DNA of 64,000 bases from Paraphysomonas bandaiensis. Taxonomy: Eukaryota > Protista > Chrysophyceae. A program made the translations under genes and the position numbers. Below the pieces are notes generated by a model. It ran no database searches and was not told where the DNA came from. It saw nothing but the letters and a program-made list of their open reading frames with translations. Below, one piece after another: positions 52,601-64,000 of this stretch. Location of the stretch: NCBI GenBank assembly GCA_965644295.1, contig CBFFRP010000215.1, forward strand, positions 95,532 to 159,531, read 5' to 3'. How positions within the stretch are numbered: position 1 is the first letter of the stretch; each line of letters starts with the position of its first letter.

Positions 52601-55600
52601 GTCACTCTGAAATCTAAATTTCACATCAAATACATTCAGATCCCTAGAGTACTGTTAATGTTGCTCACCACTGCCATCATCAGGCATATATTCACCAGTC
52701 AAATATATAATACATTGACAAGTATGTATAGCGAGCTAGAAGTGTATAACTATATCGCAAACAACAGAGTGATTTCTTACCACCTTCATTGTAAACGACA
52801 TCTACGTCAGACATACTCAATACCCCAAATCATAAGCATCGATGAAGATCCTCATTAGTGCTCGTTGTACATACAATCAACCTGAGACACATGCGCCAGT
52901 GGATGTATGAATATTGTTATATAATATACGACAGATTGATTAGTACTATCGAATGGCGTTACCATACAATGTTCATGTGATATTGTTGCAAATTTCTATA
53001 CCCTGCCTCTCATCATCAGGAGTGGCTAGGCTGTTGGCATTGCGTACGATACATTATCATAAAAGAACTCATACCGGTAAACAAAGAGGATCAATATCCA
53101 TAAACCAAGTCCAATACTGGTATCGGCTGATCCCAATAGGAAAATACACACCCGACGGCCAGGCCACACATGTACCAGATTGCACATGACTAACAACTGC
53201 AGACACATATAGATTGTATGTAAGTCACTCTGAAATCTAAATTTCACATCAAATACATTCAGATCCCTAGAGTACTGTTAATGTTGCTCACCACTGCCAT
53301 CATCAGGCATATATTCACCAGTCAAATATATAATACATTGACAAGTATGTATAGCGAGCTAGAAGTGTATAACTATATCGCAAACAACAGAGTGATTTCT
53401 TACCACCGTCATTGTAAACGACATCTACGTCAGACATACTCAATACCCCAAATCATAAGCATCGATGAAGATCCTCATTAGTGCTCGTTGTACATACAAT
53501 CAACCTGAGACACATGCGTCAGTGGATGTATGAATATTGTTATATAATATACGACAGATTGATTAGTACTATCGAATGGCGTTACCATACAATGTTCATG
53601 TGATATTGTTGCAAATTTCTATACCCTGCCTCTCATCATCAGGAGTGGCTAGGCTGTTGGCATTGCGTACGATACATTATCATAAAAGAACTCATACCGG
53701 TAAACAAAGAGGATCAATATCCATAAACCAAGTCCAATACTGGTATCGGCTGATCCCAATAGGAAAATACACACCCGACGGCCAGGCCACACATGTACCA
53801 GATTGCACATGACTAACAACTGCAGACACATATAGATTGTATGTAAGTCACTCTGAAATCTAAATTTCACATCAAATACATTCAGATCCCTAGAGTACTG
53901 TTAATGTTGCTCACCACTGCCATCATCAGGCATATATTCACCAGTCAAATATATAATACATTGACAAGTATGTATAGCGAGCTAGAAGTGTATAACTATA
54001 TCGCAAACAACAGAGTGATTTCTTACCACCGTCATTGTAAACGACATCTACGTCAGACATACTCAATACCCCAAATCATAAGCATCGATGAAGATCCTCA
54101 TTAGTGCTCGTTGTACATACAATCAACCTGAGACACATGCGTCAGTGGATGTATGAATATTGTTATATAATATACGACAGATTGATTAGTACTATCGAAT
54201 GGCGTTACCATACAATGTTCATGTGATATTGTTGCAAATTTCTATACCCTGCCTCTCATCATCAGGAGTGGCTAGGCTGTTGGCATTGCGTACGATACAT
54301 TATCATAAAAGAACTCATACCGGTAAACAAAGAGGATCAATATCCATAAACCAAGTCCAATACTGGTATCGGCTGATCCCAATAGGAAAATACACACCCG
54401 ACGGCCAGGCCACACATGTACCAGATTGCACATGACTAACAACTGCAGACACATATAGATTGTATGTAAGTCACTCTGAAATCTAAATTTCACATCAAAT
54501 ACATTCAGATCCCTAGAGTACTGTTAATGTTGCTCACCACTGCCATCATCAGGCATATATTCACCAGTCAAATATATAATACATTGACAAGTATGTATAG
54601 CGAGCTAGAAGTGTATAACTATATCGCAAACAACAGAGTGATTTCTTACCACCGTCATTGTAAACGACATCTACGTCAGACATACTCAATACCCCAAATC
54701 ATAAGCATCGATGAAGATCCTCATTAGTGCTCGTTGTACATACAATCAACCTGAGACACATGCGTCAGTGGATGTATGAATATTGTTATATAATATACGA
54801 CAGATTGATTAGTACTATCGAATGGCGTTACCATACAATGTTCATGTGATATTGTTGCAAATTTCTATACCCTGCCTCTCATCATCAGGAGTGGCTAGGC
54901 TGTTGGCATTGCGTACGATACATTATCATAAAAGAACTCATACCGGTAAACAAAGAGGATCAATATCCATAAACCAAGTCCAATACTGGTATCGGCTGAT
55001 CCCAATAGGAAAATACACACCCGACGGCCAGGCCACACATGTACCAGATTGCACATGACTAACAACTGCAGACACATATAGATTGTATGTAAGTCACTCT
55101 GAAATCTAAATTTCACATCAAATACATTCAGATCCCTAGAGTACTGTTAATGTTGCTCACCACTGCCATCATCAGGCATATATTCACCAGTCAAATATAT
55201 AATACATTGACAAGTATGTATAGCGAGCTAGAAGTGTATAACTATATCGCAAACAACAGAGTGATTTCTTACCACCGTCATTGTAAACGACATCTACGTC
55301 AGACATACTCAATACCCCAAATCATAAGCATCGATGAAGATCCTCATTAGTGCTCGTTGTACATACAATCAACCTGAGACACATGCGTCAGTGGATGTAT
55401 GAATATTGTTATATAATATACGACAGATTGATTAGTACTATCGAATGGCGTTACCATACAATGTTCATGTGATATTGTTGCAAATTTCTATACCCTGCCT
55501 CTCATCATCAGGAGTGGCTAGGCTGTTGGCATTGCGTACGATACATTATCATAAAAGAACTCATACCGGTAAACAAAGAGGATCAATATCCATAAACCAA

Positions 55601-58600
55601 GTCCAATACTGGTATCGGCTGATCCCAATAGGAAAATACACACCCGACGGCCAGGCCACACATGTACCAGATTGCACATGACTAACAACTGCAGACACAT
55701 ATAGATTGTATGTAAGTCACTCTGAAATCTAAATTTCACATCAAATACATTCAGATCCCTAGAGTACTGTTAATGTTGCTCACCACTGCCATCATCAGGC
55801 ATATATTCACCAGTCAAATATATAATACATTGACAAGTATGTATAGCGAGCTAGAAGTGTATAACTATATCGCAAACAACAGAGTGATTTCTTACCACCT
55901 TCATTGTAAACGACATCTACGTCAGACATACTCAATACCCCAAATCATAAGCATCGATGAAGATCCTCATTAGTGCTCGTTGTACATACAATCAACCTGA
56001 GACACATGCGTCAGTGGATGTATGAATATTGTTATATAATATACGACAGATTGATTAGTACTATCGAATGGCGTTACCATACAATGTTCATGTGATATTG
56101 TTGCAAATTTCTATACCCTGCCTCTCATCATCAGGAGTGGCTAGGCTGTTGGCATTGCGTACGATACATTATCATAAAAGAACTCATACCGGTAAACAAA
56201 GAGGATCAATATCCATAAACCAAGTCCAATACTGGTATCGGCTGATCCCAATAGGAAAATACACACCCGACGGCCAGGCCACACATGTACCAGATTGCAC
56301 ATGACTAACAACTGCAGACACATATAGATTGTATGTAAGTCACTCTGAAATCTAAATTTCACATCAAATACATTCAGATCCCTAGAGTACTGTTAATGTT
56401 GCTCACCACTGCCATCATCAGGCATATATTCACCAGTCAAATATATAATACATTGACAAGTATGTATAGCGAGCTAGAAGTGTATAACTATATCGCAAAC
56501 AACAGAGTGATTTCTTACCACCGTCATTGTAAACGACATCTACGTCAGACATACTCAATACCCCAAATCATAAGCATCGATGAAGATCCTCATTAGTGCT
56601 CGTTGTACATACAATCAACCTGAGACACATGCGTCAGTGGATGTATGAATATTGTTATATAATATACGACAGATTGATTAGTACTATCGAATGGCGTTAC
56701 CATACAATGTTCATGTGATATTGTTGCAAATTTCTATACCCTGCCTCTCATCATCAGGAGTGGCTAGGCTGTTGGCATTGCGTACGATACATTATCATAA
56801 AAGAACTCATACCGGTAAACAAAGAGGATCAATATCCATAAACCAAGTCCAATACTGGTATCGGCTGATCCCAATAGGAAAATACACACCCGACGGCCAG
56901 GCCACACATGTACCAGATTGCACATGACTAACAACTGCAGACACATATAGATTGTATGTAAGTCACTCTGAAATCTAAATTTCACATCAAATACATTCAG
57001 ATCCCTAGAGTACTGTTAATGTTGCTCACCACTGCCATCATCAGGCATATATTCACCAGTCAAATATATAATACATTGACAAGTATGTATAGCGAGCTAG
57101 AAGTGTATAACTATATCGCAAACAACAGAGTGATTTCTTACCACCGTCATTGTAAACGACATCTACGTCAGACATACTCAATACCCCAAATCATAAGCAT
57201 CGATGAAGATCCTCATTAGTGCTCGTTGTACATACAATCAACCTGAGACACATGCGTCAGTGGATGTATGAATATTGTTATATAATATACGACAGATTGA
57301 TTAGTACTATCGAATGGCGTTACCATACAATGTTCATGTGATATTGTTGCAAATATAGATTGTATGTAAGTCACTCTGAAATCTAAATTTCACATCAAAT
57401 ACATTCAGATCCCTTTCTATACCCTGCCTCTCATCATCAGGAGTGGCTAGGCTGTTGGCATTGCGTACGATACATTATCATAAAAGAACTCATACCGGTA
57501 AACAAAGAGGATCAATATCCATAAACCAAGTCCAATACTGGTATCGGCTGATCCCAATAGGAAAATACACACCCGACGGCCAGGCCACACATGTACCAGA
57601 TTGCACATGACTAACAACTGCAGACACATATAGATTGTATGTAAGTCACTCTGAAATCTAAATTTCACATCAAATACATTCAGATCCCTAGAGTACTGTT
57701 AATGTTGCTCACCACTGCCATCATCAGGCATATATTCACCAGTCAAATATATAATACATTGACAAGTATGTATAGCGAGCTAGAAGTGTATAACTATATC
57801 GCAAACAACAGAGTGATTTCTTACCACCGTCATTGTAAACGACATCTACGTCAGACATACTCAATACCCCAAATCATAAGCATCGATGAAGATCCTCATT
57901 AGTGCTCGTTGTACATACAATCAACCTGAGACACATGCGTCAGTGGATGTATGAATATTGTTATATAATATACGACAGATTGATTAGTACTATCGAATGG
58001 CGTTACCATACAATGTTCATGTGATATTGTTGCAAATTTCTATACCCTGCCTCTCATCATCAGGAGTGGCTAGGCTGTTGGCATTGCGTACGATACATTA
58101 TCATAAAAGAACTCATACCGGTAAACAAAGAGGATCAATATCCATAAACCAAGTCCAATACTGGTATCGGCTGATCCCAATAGGAAAATACACACCCGAC
58201 GGCCAGGCCACACATGTACCAGATTGCACATGACTAACAACTGCAGACACATATAGATTGTATGTAAGTCACTCTGAAATCTAAATTTCACATCAAATAC
58301 ATTCAGATCCCTAGAGTACTGTTAATGTTGCTCACCACTGCCATCATCAGGCATATATTCACCAGTCAAATATATAATACATTGACAAGTATGTATAGCG
58401 AGCTAGAAGTGTATAACTATATCGCAAACAACAGAGTGATTTCTTACCACCGTCATTGTAAACGACATCTACGTCAGACATACTCAATACCCCAAATCAT
58501 AAGCATCGATGAAGATCCTCATTAGTGCTCGTTGTACATACAATCAACCTGAGACACATGCGTCAGTGGATGTATGAATATTGTTATATAATATACGACA

Positions 58601-61600
58601 GATTGATTAGTACTATCGAATGGCGTTACCATACAATGTTCATGTGATATTGTTGCAAATTTCTATACCCTGCCTCTCATCATCAGGAGTGGCTAGGCTG
58701 TTGGCATTGCGTACGATACATTATCATAAAAGAACTCATACCGGTAAACAAAGAGGATCAATATCCATAAACCAAGTCCAATACTGGTATCGGCTGATCC
58801 CAATAGGAAAATACACACCCGACGGCCAGGCCACACATGTACCAGATTGCACATGACTAACAACTGCAGACACATATAGATTGTATGTAAGTCACTCTGA
58901 AATCTAAATTTCACATCAAATACATTCAGATCCCTAGAGTACTGTTAATGTTGCTCACCACTGCCATCATCAGGCATATATTCACCAGTCAAATATATAA
59001 TACATTGACAAGTATGTATAGCGAGCTAGAAGTGTATAACTATATCGCAAACAACAGAGTGATTTCTTACCACCGTCATTGTAAACGACATCTACGTCAG
59101 ACATACTCAATACCCCAAATCATAAGCATCGATGAAGATCCTCATTAGTGCTCGTTGTACATACAATCAACCTGAGACACATGCGTCAGTGGATGTATGA
59201 ATATTGTTATATAATATACGACAGATTGATTAGTACTATCGAATGGCGTTACCATACAATGTTCATGTGATATTGTTGCAAATTTCTATACCCTGCCTCT
59301 CATCATCAGGAGTGGCTAGGCTGTTGGCATTGCGTACGATACATTATCATAAAAGAACTCATACCGGTAAACAAAGAGGATCAATATCCATAAACCAAGT
59401 CCAATACTGGTATCGGCTGATCCCAATAGGAAAATACACACCCGACGGCCAGGCCACACATGTACCAGATTGCACATGACTAACAACTGCAGACACATAT
59501 AGATTGTATGTAAGTCACTCTGAAATCTAAATTTCACATCAAATACATTCAGATCCCTAGAGTACTGTTAATGTTGCTCACCACTGCCATCATCAGGCAT
59601 ATATTCACCAGTCAAATATATAATACATTGACAAGTATGTATAGCGAGCTAGAAGTGTATAACTATATCGCAAACAACAGAGTGATTTCTTACCACCGTC
59701 ATTGTAAACGACATCTACGTCAGACATACTCAATACCCCAAATCATAAGCATCGATGAAGATCCTCATTAGTGCTCGTTGTACATACAATCAACCTGAGA
59801 CACATGCGTCAGTGGATGTATGAATATTGTTATATAATATACGACAGATTGATTAGTACTATCGAATGGCGTTACCATACAATGTTCATGTGATATTGTT
59901 GCAAATTTCTATACCCTGCCTCTCATCATCAGGAGTGGCTAGGCTGTTGGCATTGCGTACGATACATTATCATAAAAGAACTCATACCGGTAAACAAAGA
60001 GGATCAATATCCATAAACCAAGTCCAATACTGGTATCGGCTGATCCCAATAGGAAAATACACACCCGACGGCCAGGCCACACATGTACCAGATTGCACAT
60101 GACTAACAACTGCAGACACATATAGATTGTATGTAAGTCACTCTGAAATCTAAATTTCACATCAAATACATTCAGATCCCTAGAGTACTGTTAATGTTGC
60201 TCACCACTGCCATCATCAGGCATATATTCACCAGTCAAATATATAATACATTGACAAGTATGTATAGCGAGCTAGAAGTGTATAACTATATCGCAAACAA
60301 CAGAGTGATTTCTTACCACCGTCATTGTAAACGACATCTACGTCAGACATACTCAATACCCCAAATCATAAGCATCGATGAAGATCCTCATTAGTGCTCG
60401 TTGTACATACAATCAACCTGAGACACATGCGTCAGTGGATGTATGAATATTGTTATATAATATACGACAGATTGATTAGTACTATCGAATGGCGTTACCA
60501 TACAATGTTCATGTGATATTGTTGCAAATTTCTATACCCTGCCTCTCATCATCAGGAGTGGCTAGGCTGTTGGCATTGCGTACGATACATTATCATAAAA
60601 GAACTCATACCGGTAAACAAAGAGGATCAATATCCATAAACCAAGTCCAATACTGGTATCGGCTGATCCCAATAGGAAAATACACACCCGACGGCCAGGC
60701 CACACATGTACCAGATTGCACATGACTAACAACTGCAGACACATATAGATTGTATGTAAGTCACTCTGAAATCTAAATTTCACATCAAATACATTCAGAT
60801 CCCTAGAGTACTGTTAATGTTGCTCACCACTGCCATCATCAGGCATATATTCACCAGTCAAATATATAATACATTGACAAGTATGTATAGCGAGCTAGAA
60901 GTGTATAACTATATCGCAAACAACAGAGTGATTTCTTACCACCGTCATTGTAAACGACATCTACGTCAGACATACTCAATACCCCAAATCATAAGCATCG
61001 ATGAAGATCCTCATTAGTGCTCGTTGTACATACAATCAACCTGAGACACATGCGTCAGTGGATGTATGAATATTGTTATATAATATACGACAGATTGATT
61101 AGTACTATCGAATGGCGTTACCATACAATGTTCATGTGATATTGTTGCAAATTTCTATACCCTGCCTCTCATCATCAGGAGTGGCTAGGCTGTTGGCATT
61201 GCGTACGATACATTATCATAAAAGAACTCATACCGGTAAACAAAGAGGATCAATATCCATAAACCAAGTCCAATACTGGTATCGGCTGATCCCAATAGGA
61301 AAATACACACCCGACGGCCAGGCCACACATGTACCAGATTGCACATGACTAACAACTGCAGACACATATAGATTGTATGTAAGTCACTCTGAAATCTAAA
61401 TTTCACATAAACAAAGAGGAATCAATATCCATAAACCAAGTCCAATACTGGTATCGGCTGAATTTCACATCAAATACATTCAGATCCCTAGAGTACTGTT
61501 AATGTTGCTCACCACTGCCATCATCAGGCATATATTCACCAGTCAAATATATAATACATTGACAAGTATGTATAGCGAGCTAGAAGTGTATAACTATATC

Positions 61601-64000
61601 GCAAACAACAGAGTGATTTCTTACCACCGTCATTGTAAACGACATCTACGTCAGACATACTCAATACCCCAAATCATAAGCATCGATGAAGATCCTCATT
61701 AGTGCTCGTTGTACATACAATCAACCTGAGACACATGCGTCAGTGGATGTATGAATATTGTTATATAATATACGACAGATTGATTAGTACTATCGAATGG
61801 CGTTACCATACAATGTTCATGTGATATTGTTGCAAATTTCTATACCCTGCCTCTCATCATCAGGAGTGGCTAGGCTGTTGGCATTGCGTACGATACATTA
61901 TCATAAAAGAACTCATACCGGTAAACAAAGAGGATCAATATCCATAAACCAAGTCCAATACTGGTATCGGCTGATCCCAATAGGAAAATACACACCCGAC
62001 GGCCAGGCCACACATGTACCAGATTGCACATGACTAACAACTGCAGACACATATAGATTGTATGTAAGTCACTCTGAAATCTAAATTTCACATCAAATAC
62101 ATTCAGATCCCTAGAGTACTGTTAATGTTGCTCACCACTGCCATCATCAGGCATATATTCACCAGTCAAATATATAATACATTGACAAGTATGTATAGCG
62201 AGCTAGAAGTGTATAACTATATCGCAAACAACAGAGTGATTTCTTACCACCGTCATTGTAAACGACATCTACGTCAGACATACTCAATACCCCAAATCAT
62301 AAGCATCGATGAAGATCCTCATTAGTGCTCGTTGTACATACAATCAACCTGAGCACTACATGCGTCAGTGGATGTATGAATATTGTTATATAATATATGA
62401 CAGATTGATTAGTACTATCGAATGGCGTTACCATACAATGTTCATGTGATATTGTTGCAAATTTCTATACCCTGCCTCTCATCATCAGGAGTGGCTAGGC
62501 TGTTGGCATTGCGTACGATACATTATCATAAAAGAACTCATACCGGTAAACAAAGAGGATCAATATCCATAAACCAAGTCCAATACTGGTATCGGCTGAT
62601 CCCAATAGGAAAATACACACCCGACGGCCAGGCCACACATGTACCAGATTGCACATGACTAACAACTGCAGACACATATAGATTGTATGTAAGTCACTCT
62701 GAAATCTAAATTTCACATCAAATACATTCAGATCCCTAGAGTACTGTTAATGTTGCTCACCACTGCCATCATCAGGCATATATTCACCAGTCAAATATAT
62801 AATACATTGACAAGTATGTATAGCGAGCTAGAAGTGTATAACTATATCGCAAACAACAGAGTGATTTCTTACCACCGTCATTGTAAACGACATCTACGTC
62901 AGACATACTCAATACCCCAAATCATAAGCATCGATGAAGATCCTCATTAGTGCTCGTTGTACATACAATCAACCTGAGACACATGCGTCAGTGGATGTAT
63001 GAATATTGTTATATAATATACGACAGATTGATTAGTACTATCGAATGGCGTTACCATACAATGTTCATGTGATATTGTTGCAAATTTCTATACCCTGCCT
63101 CTCATCATCAGGAGTGGCTAGGCTGTTGGCATTGCGTACGATACATTATCATAAAAGAACTCATACAGGTAAACAAAGAGGATCAATATCCATAAACCAA
63201 GTCCAATACTGGTATCGGCTGATCCCAATAGGAAAATACACACCCGACGGCCAGGCCACACATGTACCAGATTGCACATGACTAACAACTGCAGACACAT
63301 ATAGATTGTATGTAAGTCACTCTGAAATCTAAATTTCACATCAAATACATTCAGATCCCTAGAGTACTGTTAATGTTGCTCACCACTGCCATCATCAGGC
63401 ATATATTCACCAGTCAAATATATAATACATTGACAAGTATGTATAGCGAGCTAGAAGTGTATAACTATATCGCAAACAACAGAGCGATTTCTTACCACCG
63501 TCATTGTAAACGACATCTACGTCAGACATACTCAATACCCCAAATCATAAGCATCGATGAAGATCCTCATTAGTGCTCGTTGTACATACAATCAACCTGA
63601 GACACATGCGTCAGTGGATGTATGAATATTGTTATATAATATACGACAGATTGATTAGTACTATCGAATGGCGTTACCATACAATGTTCATGTGATATTG
63701 TTGCAAATTTCTATACCCTGCCTCTCATCATCAGGAGTGGCTAGGCTGTTGGCATTGCGTACTATTGTACTATCATAAAAGAACTCATACCGGTAAACAA
63801 AGTGAGGATCAATATCCATAAACCAAGTCCAATACTGGTATCGGCTGATCCCAATAGGAAAATACACACCCGACGGCCAGGCCACACATGTACCCAGATT
63901 GCACATGACTAACAACTGCAGACACATATAGATTGTATGTAAAAGTCACTCTGAAATCTAAATTTCACATCAAATACATTCAGATCCCTAGAGTACTGTT
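46616..64000. repeat. 623-bp tandem array (satellite-like), 27 complete copies plus a partial 28th, running off the window
   Basis: Identical ORF triplets recur every 623 bp, except where indels of +21 (copy 9), +60 (copy 18), +62 (copy 24) and +2 (start of copy 26) occur. Most copies are identical. The left junction is at GTACA, 46616. Confidence 0.99.
46765..47173 (-). CDS. Hypothetical spliced 74-aa peptide in each 623-bp unit (copy 1 coordinates); may be a relic rather than an expressed gene
   Basis: Exons 47173-47153, 47107-47041, 46945-46824, 46779-46765. Introns GTAAGA..TCTAG (45 nt), GTGAGC..CTGCAG (95 nt), GTATGA..AACAG (44 nt). Product MSFTMTVLAIHTCQCIIYLTGEYMPDDGSVVSHVQSGTCVAWPSGVYFPIGISRYQYWTWFMDIDPLCLPPSHS. 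Confidence 0.3.

Noticed and set aside
46702-63573. Repeated unspliced ORFs MALPYNV (78 aa), MKFRFQS (73 aa) and MLLTTAI (66 aa)
   Set aside because: They have no recognisable motifs, two of them overlap on opposite strands, and they recur only because the DNA is repeated.
46616-64000. CRISPR-like or spacer-acquiring array
   Set aside because: Units are 623 bp and essentially identical with no variable spacers. The two inserts are copied from the unit itself, and no cas or integrase gene is present.
46616-64000. One giant spliced repeat protein reading through all units
   Set aside because: Every splice combination tried across the unit boundary hits a stop (TGA at 46765-46767, or TAA/TGA soon after the TCTCAG acceptor).

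Overview
Eukaryotic nuclear DNA with many short GT-AG introns (mostly 42-60 nt). The gene content (NME7, CDPK-like kinase, PSP1 protein, plant-type LRRs with an ALxxxYxSTxGxxW cap) suggests a flagellated stramenopile, possibly chrysophyte-like; this assignment is inference. Bases 1-46.6 kb hold about 11 genes: a C2H2 zinc-finger protein, a PSP1 protein, a CDPK-like kinase, a small acidic ORF, the PP2A scaffold A subunit, RPS11, NME7, an FG-GAP-type membrane protein, an EF-hand protein, a bacterial-type HD/DUF6817-like protein, and a 12-exon, ~2,236-aa gene. In that gene, splice-phase tracing joins seven listed ORFs into one pseudokinase-TPR-WD40-NACHT-LRR (NLR-like) protein. Decayed hAT-like transposons and MITEs, gene fragments and a ~720-bp (TATG)n tract lie between the genes. 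Bases 46,616-64,000 are a near-perfect 623-bp tandem array (27 full copies plus one partial). On the minus strand each unit carries a phase-consistent 4-exon/3-intron model for a 74-aa peptide resembling a decayed Cys-rich repeat. The three large indels in the array are one local duplication and two templated insertions, all at AAATTT sites. No rRNA, tRNA or CRISPR array was recognised. All family assignments come from motif recognition, not database searches.
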